A DNA stretch of 41,071 bases from a virus (Duplodnaviria; Caudoviricetes), in IMG/VR virus record IMGVR_UViG_3300048848_000111, positions 1 to 41,071 of that record; one strand, given 5' to 3'. The translations under genes and the position numbers were made by a program. Of this stretch, positions 17,891-26,558 are shown piece after piece; the first letter of the stretch is position 1; each line of letters begins with the position of its first letter. Below the pieces are notes generated by a model. The model was given only the letters and a program-made list of their open reading frames with translations, searched no databases and had not been told where the DNA came from.

Positions 17891-19150
17891 TTAGGGCACC
17901 AGGCCGAGCCGTTGCGCGAGGGCGCTGACCGAGCGCGGCTGGTTGGGCAACGCGGCGAGTTGCTTCTGCAGCTCGGCGCGGACGAGGGCGATCTGCTGCG
18001 GCGTCGCCTTGCGGGCGCGGGAGTGTTTGTCGGCCGAGTTCTCGCCGACCGAGTTCGGGTAGTTGCCGGTGCGGCGGATGTATTCGAGTCGCCAGTTCGC
18101 GTCGTAGATGCGGCGCTCGGCGGCGGTCATCGTGTACCGGTTCAGCGGGTCGCGGGTGCCGGTGATCCGGGCCTGCTCGACAGCGTCCGATGCTGCCCGG
18201 GCGCGTCCGCCTTTGCCGAGCGCGCCGAATCCCTCGTAGCGGCCTCCAAGAATGTTGCCGCCGGCGATCTGAGGGCCGGTGATGTAGCCCTCTTCGGTCA
18301 TCATGCGGAGTGCGTTCGTGCGGGTGCCGGCGGTGCGGTAGATGTCGTCGACCGTCAACCGGGTCGGGGTGCCGAAGAGAGCGCGGGACTTCACGGTGCC
18401 GAGGCCCCGTTTCGAGGTGTTGACCACCCGGTAGATGTCGGCGCCGTCACGGATAGCGCGAGCCTCACTGCGGCCGAACATCTTGTCCTGTTCCGCTTCA
18501 GTGAGCGAGTGGAAGTAGGCGTACGGGTCGGTGCTGAGGTCGCCGGCCTTGTTCTCTGCCGAGGGAATGTGCCGGCAGTCGCAGCGAGGGTGCCGCTGGA
18601 AGCCCGTGTTCCACCGGTACCATTTGCCGGCGAGCAGCACGCAGTCAGGGCACGAGGGCGGGTTCAGCATCCGCACGTAGCCGGTGACAGTGGGGCGGGT
18701 GCCGAGGTTCGCGGCGACGGTCTGGCGGCCGGCGTCGGCGAGTTCGGTGAGTACGGCCTTGTCGAGGAAGTTGCGTCCCTGCAGCAGACCCACGCGTGGC
18801 GGGAGCCCGCGAGCGACGGCGGCCTTGGCCTTGATGACGGCCTCGAAGAGCAGCGACTGAGAGGGCCGGCCGTCGGCGGTGCGGCCTACGAACGCGGCCA
18901 CGTTCACGTCAGCGACGGGGAGATCTGGCTGCCCGGTCTCGTACAGTACCGCCGGCACGTAGGCGTTCGCGGCCTCGGCCGACTTTCGCTGGCCGGTCGA
19001 GAACGCCTCGAGCATGAGCGGCGACAGCTGACGGAACGACGAGTCGAAGTCGAGCGTCATCCGGTTCCACAGCCCGCGAATGCTGCGGGCTGTGGCTACC
19101 GCGATCCGTTGCTCAGTCAGGTAGTGGCTCTCCGTCGCCGTCGGGAGCAT
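17891..19150 (-). CDS. Minor capsid / head maturation protein (MuF-like position)
   Basis: YVRMLNPPSCPDCVLLAG...FQRHPRCDCRH Cys/His motif; between portal and scaffold. Confidence 0.8.
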   Translation of the reverse strand: MLPTATESHYLTEQRIAVATARSIRGLWNRMTLDFDSSFRQLSPLMLEAFSTGQRKSAEAANAYVPAVLYETGQPDLPVADVNVAAFVGRTADGRPSQSLLFEAVIKAKAAVARGLPPRVGLLQGRNFLDKAVLTELADAGRQTVAANLGTRPTVTGYVRMLNPPSCPDCVLLAGKWYRWNTGFQRHPRCDCRHIPSAENKAGDLSTDPYAYFHSLTEAEQDKMFGRSEARAIRDGADIYRVVNTSKRGLGTVKSRALFGTPTRLTVDDIYRTAGTRTNALRMMTEEGYITGPQIAGGNILGGRYEGFGALGKGGRARAASDAVEQARITGTRDPLNRYTMTAAERRIYDANWRLEYIRRTGNYPNSVGENSADKHSRARKATPQQIALVRAELQKQLAALPNQPRSVSALAQRLGLVP

Positions 19151-20576
19151 CCGGAACCTCCATCAGTTCCCGACTGGCCTGCACCAGCGGGTCGGCATCC
19201 TGCTCGGCCTTGACCATCTTCAGAATGCGAGCGATCTCGGTCGGCGACTTCCCGTCCAGCTCGAGGATGTACTCGAGCGGGTAGCCGGTCTGCTTCTTCT
19301 TCAGCAGAGCGTCCGCCAGCTGCGACTCGGAGCGAATCTCACGCGATGCCCACACGAATTGAGAGAGCTTCGCGAGCTTGGCGAGCTTCGCGTCGCCCTT
19401 CACCCGGGCGATGAGCGAAGCGACCTCTCGGAGGCTCGGGTCGGTGAATCGGATGAACTCGTTCGACTTCATCACCAGCGGAATCTCCGCCGCCTTCAGG
19501 CCGTCCGCGGCGACGTTCGACATTCCCGTCTTGTTGACCAGGTATGTCGGCGGCGTGCGGGTCTGCGACGAGATGTGCCCGACACCGAATTCGATGGTGT
19601 CGGTGAAGATGTCGAGTGCCGCGGCCTTCCACGAGTCGATCTTCGCGTTGTCGCCGGTGATGTTGATCAGGCGCTTTTCGCGGAGGTCTTTCATCTCGAC
19701 CGGGCGGGAGCCGATGACCTTGCCGTCTTTGTCGAGCACGGGAATCGACGGAGGCGAGGCGGACAGCATCACGCGGGCGTCCATCGACGCGTAGTCGGCG
19801 GCGAGGAACAGGTATGCCCACAGCAGATTGATGGCGTCCTGCATGGGCATGACGCCCTGAATCTCCGATACCGGGTCACCCTTCAGGGTGGGTCGGTTTC
19901 CGATCTCCACGACCGGAACGACCCCGAGCGGGTTCGGCACGATCCATTCGGACTCGTCGTCGAAGCGGGCTGTCCAGCCTCCGTCGGCGGCGTATCCGGT
20001 GCGGGACTGCTCCGCCTGCGAGGCCTGGTTGTCTTTCGGCACCTGGCGGGGGCGCTTCCACTTGATCAGCGCCGCCGGCAGGTAGAGCGTGGCGTACTCG
20101 GTGTCTTCGTCGACCCAGGTCTTCAGCGCCGCCTTGCGGATGCGCGGGTTCTCCCAGTCGTACTCGATCTCGACGTTCGCCGGGTGCTCGAAGGTGACGA
20201 TCGGCTCACCTTCGTCGTCGCCCCACACGATGACGTAGGTGCGCTTCGCGGCAAGCGAGGTGATGACACCCTGAGAGAACTGCATGTCGAACTCGTTCGT
20301 CTGCAGGGCCTCCCAGAGGAGCTTCGCGCCCTTCTTGGGCAGGTTCGCGATGCCGATCGGGTTCAGCCGCTCGGCCTCGGCGTTCACCACGGAGGCGCAC
20401 CAGTTGTCCGAGAATCCGGCGTACCGGGCCGCGTTGGCCTCCATCCACTCTTTCGTGGCGAAGGCGAGCGGCTGCTTCCCGATGTAGTAGTCCTCGGCCT
20501 TGTCGATCTCCGGCCGACGTGCGTTCAGCCGGGTGTAGATCCGCTGCGTCAGCTTCTTGGCGGCGTCGATGTCCAT
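19113..20576 (-). CDS. Portal protein (SPP1 gp6-like)
   Basis: YYIGKQPL, NWCASVV...ERL and NPLGVVPVV motifs; follows the terminase. Confidence 0.93.
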   Translation of the reverse strand: MDIDAAKKLTQRIYTRLNARRPEIDKAEDYYIGKQPLAFATKEWMEANAARYAGFSDNWCASVVNAEAERLNPIGIANLPKKGAKLLWEALQTNEFDMQFSQGVITSLAAKRTYVIVWGDDEGEPIVTFEHPANVEIEYDWENPRIRKAALKTWVDEDTEYATLYLPAALIKWKRPRQVPKDNQASQAEQSRTGYAADGGWTARFDDESEWIVPNPLGVVPVVEIGNRPTLKGDPVSEIQGVMPMQDAINLLWAYLFLAADYASMDARVMLSASPPSIPVLDKDGKVIGSRPVEMKDLREKRLINITGDNAKIDSWKAAALDIFTDTIEFGVGHISSQTRTPPTYLVNKTGMSNVAADGLKAAEIPLVMKSNEFIRFTDPSLREVASLIARVKGDAKLAKLAKLSQFVWASREIRSESQLADALLKKKQTGYPLEYILELDGKSPTEIARILKMVKAEQDADPLVQASRELMEVPDAPDGDGEPLPD

Positions 20577-20584
20577 GCCACCCC

Positions 20585-22249
20585 CTAGAAGTAGACGTAG
20601 TTCTGATTCGGTTCTGTCAGCGCGCCGGCCGCGATGGCGTCCATCACCGCTTCGTGGGCGAGAACGGACGACATGGCCCAGTCGATCTTTTGGTGCTCGG
20701 AGGGCTTGCCGAGGATGTAGACACGCTTCTTGGTTTCGACGTCGAGGCCGCGGGCGCGGATGATGGCGTTGCGGATGTGCACCGTCACGTCATCGTCTGC
20801 GTCGTGGCTGAACTCGGAATCCTTGTTCGTGACGTCGGTGCGGAACCGCTCGAGCGAGGCGTGCATGGCGCCGATGCGGCTGGTGGGCCACTTGAGGAAC
20901 ACCTTCTCGCCGTACTTCTGCGCCCAGGTGTCGATCTCGGTTTCCCAGAACAGCGGGTCGCAGTAGGCGCGCACGATCTCGTACTCGGTCGCGAGCTCCT
21001 CGATCGCGGCAGCGACCTCAGCGCGCGGAATGCGCCCGCCCCAGTCCTCGGGCCGCCAAAGCGTCTTCCGCTTGGCGTCGCCGTAGATCGGTGTGAACTG
21101 GTGCAGCTCGAGCGTCTCGGCGCGGATGCCGGTGAAGTCGTCGTTATCTGACCCGTCGAAGCCGAGGCAGATCCGGGTGCGCGGCTTCACCACGATCGCC
21201 GGGGCGGCCTTCTTCGCCGCCCACGCCGGCATCGGCATCCAGGTGCCGGAGCCGGCCACGATGCGGTTGCCGAAGAACCGCTCGGCCTCGGCAGGGTTGC
21301 TCGCGGCCAGCGCCGACGACTCCGCCTCGATCGACCGGACGTCGACCCAGGGTGAGGAGGCGTAGTTCCATCGGAAGATGACCTCGCGGTCCTTCTTCAG
21401 CGCGAAGTCGAGGTGCTCGGGCGGTGGGAAGTGGTGTTTCAGCACGTCCTTGCGGGTCGACTCGTTGGTGTCCTGCGCGACCGACTTCTCGGCCGGGTCG
21501 TAGGGGTTGGTCGACTCGGAGACGCGTCCGCCCATGCCCGCGACGCCGCGGCGCAGCGTGCGGTGGAACTTCTTCATCGAGTTCGAGTCGTTCCACAGGC
21601 CCGTCTCGTCGCACTTCCCGGAGGAGATGCGCGCGCCGAGCTTGCCGTCGGCCTTCGAGGTGACGATCTCCACCCGGGAGTCGCGGTTCCCGTTCGGGTG
21701 GCGGATGAACGCCTCGCCCGTCTTCGGGATGATGTTCGACAGCGGGCCGTCGTCGATCATCGGGAGCAGCGCGCCCCAAGTGTTCTCGACCTGCGCCTCG
21801 ACGACCGCGGCGAGCTGGATGCGCGGTGTCGGCCAGTGCTTGCCTTTCGGCTCGCCCAGCTCGTACATGTAGACGCCGCCGCAGGGGCAGCCGTGCTCGG
21901 CGCACGAGTAGTACTCGCCCTCGCCTGCGAAGCCATCGAACAGCGCGGGGCCGACGAACTCGAGGCACGTCTCGGCGGCGACACCCGGGGACTTCCCGAC
22001 CTTCTGCGCGGCCATCCACTGCCCGGTGCGGTACCGGAACGCGACGTTCCGTTCGCCCGGCTTCGCGGTTGGACGCACGGCGTACCAGTTCGCCAGCCAC
22101 ACCCGGTGGTCGAGGGTGGGCACGAACGGGTCGCCAGCGTCGTCGCCTTCGGGGATGACGCAGTGCTGCTCGATCCACCACATGCCGAGGTAGCCGAGCG
22201 AACGGGTGCGAGGCGGGATCTTGTAGTCAGGCCCCTTCAACGGAGACAC
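20585..22249 (-). CDS. terL: Terminase large subunit
   Basis: QKVGKSP (Walker A-like), CDETG (Walker B), LGFDGSDNDD nuclease motif, KID motif. Confidence 0.93.
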   Translation of the reverse strand: MSPLKGPDYKIPPRTRSLGYLGMWWIEQHCVIPEGDDAGDPFVPTLDHRVWLANWYAVRPTAKPGERNVAFRYRTGQWMAAQKVGKSPGVAAETCLEFVGPALFDGFAGEGEYYSCAEHGCPCGGVYMYELGEPKGKHWPTPRIQLAAVVEAQVENTWGALLPMIDDGPLSNIIPKTGEAFIRHPNGNRDSRVEIVTSKADGKLGARISSGKCDETGLWNDSNSMKKFHRTLRRGVAGMGGRVSESTNPYDPAEKSVAQDTNESTRKDVLKHHFPPPEHLDFALKKDREVIFRWNYASSPWVDVRSIEAESSALAASNPAEAERFFGNRIVAGSGTWMPMPAWAAKKAAPAIVVKPRTRICLGFDGSDNDDFTGIRAETLELHQFTPIYGDAKRKTLWRPEDWGGRIPRAEVAAAIEELATEYEIVRAYCDPLFWETEIDTWAQKYGEKVFLKWPTSRIGAMHASLERFRTDVTNKDSEFSHDADDDVTVHIRNAIIRARGLDVETKKRVYILGKPSEHQKIDWAMSSVLAHEAVMDAIAAGALTEPNQNYVYF

Positions 22250-22760
22250 TCTTCAGCCACTCGCCCGACGACGTCCGGCGGGCGGTCGGTGAGGGGTCAC
22301 TGGGCGCTTCGGAGGCCTTGACGCCAGCGCCGATTCGCCAGCCGTTCTGGCGCATCCCGGCAACCGACAGACCCAGTTCGGTTTCCATCCGTAGCACGGC
22401 TGTCTTGAGGCCAGCGGGAGCGTCGACCTTGACCGAGCCTAGGAACGATCGCACGTAGGCCGCGACCTGGTATTTCAGACCCAATTCGTTCCACGCGGCC
22501 GCCTGGGGACGCCGCCAGAGCACCTTCCAGAGCGCAATTTCCTGCTCCCGGAGCGCCTCTGTGGCGTCTTCGTCGTACTCCCGAATCTTCTTCTTGTCTT
22601 CGAAGTACTCGTAGTAGACGGGTTCCTTCGCGAGAGGGAACGCGGGCATCCGGCCGCGGAATCCGGCCGCCGGAAGATCAACCCATTCGCGGTCGAGTGA
22701 CCTGTAACTCTGCGGATCTGCGCCGGGTCCGCTGCGCGCTCGAGCACCACCTGAAGTCAT
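22227..22760 (-). CDS. terS: Terminase small subunit
   Basis: SGGARARSGP start, LWRRPQAAAW and ELGLS...R..W motifs; precedes terL. Confidence 0.88.
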   Translation of the reverse strand: MTSGGARARSGPGADPQSYRSLDREWVDLPAAGFRGRMPAFPLAKEPVYYEYFEDKKKIREYDEDATEALREQEIALWKVLWRRPQAAAWNELGLKYQVAAYVRSFLGSVKVDAPAGLKTAVLRMETELGLSVAGMRQNGWRIGAGVKASEAPSDPSPTARRTSSGEWLKSVSVEGA

Positions 22761-22776
22761 GGTTCGCCTCACTCCT

Positions 22777-22806
22777 CAGCATCACGCTGGCCGCCATCAC
22801 GGCGGC
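22777..22806 (-). promoter_or_regulatory. Two GUGAU-loop hairpins directly upstream of the terS RBS
   Basis: On the minus strand GCCGCC-GTGAT-GGCGGC and CAGC-GTGAT-GCTG, then AGGAG. Confidence 0.6.
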
Positions 22807-22843
22807 TCGGATCGGTCGAAAGAAAGGGACGAACCCTCAGAAT

Positions 22844-22950
22844 TTTTGAACCTGCTCGGCAGGACGGCAACATTTTGAACCCGTTGCGGGTTTTTTTTAC
22901 CTCACCGGCGGTGCTATGTGAGAGACGCTCAGGGGGTCTACCCCCACCCC
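22844..22950. other. Putative cos/packaging region
   Basis: Non-coding gap between HNH and terS; TTTTGAACC direct repeats at 22844 and 22873; T8 tract; GC-rich candidate overhang CGCCGGTGA (minus strand, 22910-22902). Confidence 0.6.
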
Positions 22951-22963
22951 TTTTGAGCGATGC

Positions 22964-23323
22964 TCACCCGCCCTGCGGCCTGTTCCAGCCTCCCGGCTGA
23001 GCAGCGGCAGTAGACGAGTCGTGACATGGCTTGCACAGTCCACGGCCGTACTGCGGGTCGTTCGGGTTGAGATGCAGCGCCTGCAGTTCTTTGCGTGACT
23101 TCGGGTAGTGGTCGGCCACCGTTGATAGCTGCAGCCCACACAGCACGCAGATCGGATCGCGCGTGAGCACGCGCTCTCTGAAGCCCTGGTGACCAGCGCT
23201 CGAGTAGCCACGCTCAGTCGCTGTGCCCCTCGCCCTGTCGGCCTCGCGCCTGTGCCTCTCGCACTTGCTGCCCTCGCCGGCGTCATACACCTCGGGGCAG
23301 CCATGCACCGAGCACACCCTCAC
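22964..23323 (-). CDS. HNH endonuclease (packaging-associated)
   Basis: C..HGCP, RDPICVLC...ADHYP...GLCKPCHD motifs; directly upstream of the cos region and terS. Confidence 0.9.
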   Translation of the reverse strand: MRVCSVHGCPEVYDAGEGSKCERHRREADRARGTATERGYSSAGHQGFRERVLTRDPICVLCGLQLSTVADHYPKSRKELQALHLNPNDPQYGRGLCKPCHDSSTAAAQPGGWNRPQGG

Positions 23324-23463
23324 GGGCGGATGGTCTGGCGCAGGTAGGTGTACCGGCAGGCGAAGGCGCTCGTGAACCTCATCTCTTCGATGTAGACCAC
23401 TTCCCACCCGCACAGGCGCACGATGTCGGCCGAGAGAACTTGGCGATCACCTTCGATCAGCAT
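23320..23463 (-). CDS. Small hypothetical protein (47 aa, MLIEGDRQ...)
   Basis: Translated by hand; AGGA RBS; stop overlaps the HNH start (GTGA). Confidence 0.5.
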   Translation of the reverse strand: MLIEGDRQVLSADIVRLCGWEVVYIEEMRFTSAFACRYTYLRQTIRP

Positions 23464-23470
23464 CGTCCTG

Positions 23471-23689
23471 TCACACCCTGGGGGGCCACGACCAGTGACC
23501 CGGGGTCGGCTCCTCAGCGAAGGGCACGTCCACGTTGAAGAACATGCCTGTCGGGTTCAACACGCACAGCGCCACGGTGGGCTCGACGGCGGTGACGATG
23601 GCCGCGCGGGGCTCGGGCAGGTACTCACCGGCCGGTGTGCCGTATGAGTGGTAGTGCACGATGCGTCCAATGCTGGGCTGCGGCGACAC
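23471..23689 (-). CDS. Small phage protein (PSIGRIVHY...RAAIVT type)
   Basis: GAGGGAG RBS before GTG 23689; ends WSWPPRV. Confidence 0.8.
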   Translation of the reverse strand: MSPQPSIGRIVHYHSYGTPAGEYLPEPRAAIVTAVEPTVALCVLNPTGMFFNVDVPFAEEPTPGHWSWPPRV

Positions 23690-23890
23690 GATGAGTCTCC
23701 CTCTGTCGATCGGCTGAACGCCTGTCGCTCCGGTCACCACGGCACCATTCGTCGGTGCGCTCGGCAAGGCCACGCCAGGCGGAGAAGATGGGGGACGCGA
23801 GCACCACCCGACGTCGCGTCCCCGACCCGTTTCTCGCGTTCTTGGGATGGGCTTCCCTCAATGAATGCGCTCCCCAGCACATTGCGCTTT

Positions 23891-23925
23891 AACGACGAAA
23901 CACCCCGCCAATCTGGGGCAGGGTG
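23891..23925 (-). terminator. Terminator-like hairpin just downstream of the putative late promoter
   Basis: CACCCUGCC-N7-GGCGGGGUG followed by UUUCGUCGUU. Confidence 0.6.
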
Positions 23926-23940
23926 CGTCGTATCACGACC

Positions 23941-23973
23941 AGTATAGACATACGCGTCGGGAAAAGTTGTCAA
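23941..23973 (-). promoter_or_regulatory. Putative late promoter
   Basis: TATACT at 23946-23941; TTGACA at 23973-23968 with a long 21-nt spacer; lies at the head of the packaging/structural operon. Confidence 0.5.
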
Positions 23974-24554
23974 GTCGGAGGCGGCGACTCTTCTTTGGGT
24001 GAAATGCGTTTGGCTATGACGTCGAACAGCTTCGCAAAAGCGAACGGCGTATATGCCTCTACAAGTTCACTGGTCGGCTCCTTCCCGGCTCGAAGCTGGG
24101 CGACAAACGCTTGGCGCCTCTGCGCGATGGTGGCGACGAGTACGGCCGCCATCACGATGGTGGTGAACACGATCGTCATGATAGACAGCACCCACTCGCC
24201 CGGCGACCGAGGGGCAGGGTCAGGAATCCAATTGTCCGGGTCCACGATGATGTAGGGCACTAGGACGCCAGCCCAAGCGAATAGCAACACAGCACCGAAG
24301 TAGAACCCGCGCGGCACACGAATGAGCATGAGCCCAGCCATCCGCAGCAGATCTTCGTCGACCAACGCCCACGCCGTCTTCGACCGCTGGTCGCCGCTCT
24401 CGAAGCTCTTCGCGATCTCTGTCAACTCACCGATGCGCTTCCGCAGTCGCGTCGCGCGCGACAATTGCAGTCCTCCGGTGAGGATTCCCGCCGCACCTGC
24501 GCTCCCGACCAAAGCCGTAATGAGCGGAATCCATTGCTCCACGCGAGCCATCAT
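23970..24554 (-). CDS. Three-TM membrane protein, moron-like
   Basis: Hydrophobic segments; visibly more AT-rich codons than its neighbours; not coupled to flanking genes. Confidence 0.75.
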   Translation of the reverse strand: MMARVEQWIPLITALVGSAGAAGILTGGLQLSRATRLRKRIGELTEIAKSFESGDQRSKTAWALVDEDLLRMAGLMLIRVPRGFYFGAVLLFAWAGVLVPYIIVDPDNWIPDPAPRSPGEWVLSIMTIVFTTIVMAAVLVATIAQRRQAFVAQLRAGKEPTSELVEAYTPFAFAKLFDVIAKRISPKEESPPPT

Positions 24555-24588
24555 ATTCGGGCTTAGCCTCAGGACTCACCAGCGAGCT

Positions 24589-24966
24589 TCAGAAGATCAC
24601 ACCGTCCGCGAGTGCCTTGGTGAGTGCGTGCACGGCGGCACCACGGCCGTTGCGGATGGCGTCGAGCGGGGTGTCGCCCTGCAGCATCGGGTGTCGACGG
24701 TGCATCCACTCGGCGAGCTGGTCGACCTGCTCCTGGGGTAGGCGCATGACGAGCAGGTGCAGCATGGTCTCGGTGACCTGCTCGGCGTAGTCGGCTGGCG
24801 TGGCCGTGACCGTGCCCGCGGCCGGCCCTCGCTCGAGGCGGCCGGCCGCGTTGCGGAGAGCCTCGGCAACGTCGCGGGCGCTCGGGCGCGGAGGCGACGA
24901 GCGGGTGATGCCGGCCGCTAGGTCGCGGAGGGTGCGGGCGAGCTCGATGTCGGGCGTGGCTGTCAT
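24589..24966 (-). CDS. Protein with an Xre/MbcA/ParS-type antitoxin C-terminal domain
   Basis: WMHRRHPMLQGDTPLDAIRNGRGAAV matches the W..P...L.G.TP.......G...V pattern. Confidence 0.7.
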   Translation of the reverse strand: MTATPDIELARTLRDLAAGITRSSPPRPSARDVAEALRNAAGRLERGPAAGTVTATPADYAEQVTETMLHLLVMRLPQEQVDQLAEWMHRRHPMLQGDTPLDAIRNGRGAAVHALTKALADGVIF

Positions 24967-25526
24967 GGTGTCCCCCCGTCGTTCGCGAGGTTGGGGGCTG
25001 GTATGCGCATGGCGCCGGCGAGGTACTCGATTCCCCCATCAGCGGCGCCCCGTGTTAGGCGGATGGTGGTCTTGGTGACAGCACGAGTGAGGGTCGCCTG
25101 CAGGCTGCGCGGCATCGCCAGAGGCTCGCGGCGGGGTGCCTGCACTATGACGCGCATGCTGCGCCCTGACGCGACCATGAGTCCCCAGCCCTCGGGCAGT
25201 TCGCCATCCCGCACGATCGATCGATCCGCGACCGCCAACCACCAGAAGTCGCAGTAGACGGCGAACGCATCGGCCTTCTCGGGGTCGCGCAGCTCGGTCA
25301 GCCAGTCGCTGCGCGAGACCTTCACCTCGTGGCCGTGCAGCTTCGGGCCTCGGTTCACGCCATAGCCCGTCCAGAGGTCCAGCGCCATGTAGTCGCAGAT
25401 TCGTGACGCCTCGAACCCGGTGGCGATCTTGACGTGCTCCGCTCGGGTGTAACGGATGCCATTGCCGTTCCACTTGCCGTATCGCACGTTCAGCCGATCG
25501 AGCATGGTGCGCTCCGTCTCTGGCAT
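24963..25526 (-). CDS. PD-(D/E)XK nuclease-like protein (MmcB-like)
   Basis: CDYMALD...HEVKVSRSDW..EL..PEK...CDFWW and ELPEGWGL motifs. Confidence 0.75.
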   Translation of the reverse strand: MPETERTMLDRLNVRYGKWNGNGIRYTRAEHVKIATGFEASRICDYMALDLWTGYGVNRGPKLHGHEVKVSRSDWLTELRDPEKADAFAVYCDFWWLAVADRSIVRDGELPEGWGLMVASGRSMRVIVQAPRREPLAMPRSLQATLTRAVTKTTIRLTRGAADGGIEYLAGAMRIPAPNLANDGGTP

Positions 25527-26182
25527 CACAGACCGCCGTTCTTGTGGATGCGGTAGCGCGCGAGGGACTCGACGCCCTCAGGACTGAAGCGGTCCCAGAA
25601 GTCGGCCTGCGCCTCGCGAGCGTCGTCCTGGCGCCGGCACGCCATCGGCTCCGCGCCGAAGTCGGGGTCGAAGTCGGCGCATCGCTCGCAGCAGTCGCCC
25701 ATGTACGACTCCAAGCAGACCGACGAGTGATTCTCGTGGTACCACTCGTCGGCAGCCCAGTACTCGGCCACGATCGGGATCACAGCTGCACGCTGGCGGT
25801 TCAGGTAGTAGAGCTTCCACTCGACCGTGCTCGCAGAGTTGCGGTCGAGGGAGGGACAGTTGCGCGCCATCCACTCGTCGACTAGGTCGTCGACAAGGTC
25901 GAAGCGCTCGTCGTGCTCAGGGTTCAGGTGTGGGCAGTCCTCAGCCATCGTGTAGAGCGGGATCATCTTGTGATCGATCGAGCTGTGCGCGCGCAGGTTG
26001 AGCGCTGTCGCCTCTGCGATTTGCTCGTCGAGCGTTCCCCAGTACACGACCGGGTAGCGGCCATCGGCGCCCTTGCCTACGTGGTACCGGATCGATCGAA
26101 TCAGGCCTGGCTCGTTCGTCTCCACGACGGCGGGAAATGCGGCGAGCGCCGCCAGGGCCTCGCGGGTGCTTGGTGACATCAT
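25526..26182 (-). CDS. Hypothetical protein, Cys/His-containing
   Basis: Coupled at both ends (ATGA / TGATG). Confidence 0.7.
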   Translation of the reverse strand: MMSPSTREALAALAAFPAVVETNEPGLIRSIRYHVGKGADGRYPVVYWGTLDEQIAEATALNLRAHSSIDHKMIPLYTMAEDCPHLNPEHDERFDLVDDLVDEWMARNCPSLDRNSASTVEWKLYYLNRQRAAVIPIVAEYWAADEWYHENHSSVCLESYMGDCCERCADFDPDFGAEPMACRRQDDAREAQADFWDRFSPEGVESLARYRIHKNGGL

Positions 26183-26427
26183 GGCCGGGCTCCACTCGCG
26201 GTGGGGATGAGCGGTTGGCCGGTGAGGATCGCGAGCGCTTCGTCACGGCTCACCCATTCGGCGAGTTCTACTCTGAGCAGAACCTGATCGCCGTCACCGG
26301 GGACTGATTCGAGACGCACCCCGTCTCGGACGATCTGTCGCCCTGGGTTCGGCAGGCCGAAGATCGCGCCAATGCGAGCGGCTTGGTTGTCGCGCTCCTC
26401 CTGTGTTGGTTCCAGTGTTATGGCCAT
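26179..26427 (-). CDS. Hypothetical protein (MAITLEPTQEE...)
   Basis: Fits the operon tiling. Confidence 0.65.
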   Translation of the reverse strand: MAITLEPTQEERDNQAARIGAIFGLPNPGRQIVRDGVRLESVPGDGDQVLLRVELAEWVSRDEALAILTGQPLIPTASGARP

Positions 26428-26429
26428 CG

Positions 26430-26558
26430 CTACGCCGCCTTGTGGCAGTCGCAGGGGCACTCGGTGGGCGCGTCGGCGTCCACGTCCCAGCCGTCACCGT
26501 TGCAGTTGCGGTGCTTCCCTGCGGCGCAGTCCGGGTCAGGGAGTACCGTGCCGGCCAT
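26430..26558 (-). CDS. 42-aa Cys/His-rich microprotein, absent from the ORF track
   Basis: MAGTVLPDPDCAAGKHRNCNGDGWDVDADAPTECPCDCHKAA*; TGATG coupling; fills the gap exactly. Confidence 0.7.
   Translation of the reverse strand: MAGTVLPDPDCAAGKHRNCNGDGWDVDADAPTECPCDCHKAA

Noticed and set aside
15939-17894. 651-aa plus-strand ORF and similar long antisense ORFs (17861-19213, 19359-20588, 21413-22321, 12185-13252)
   Set aside because: Shadow frames of high-GC structural genes, with no RBS, motifs or coupling.
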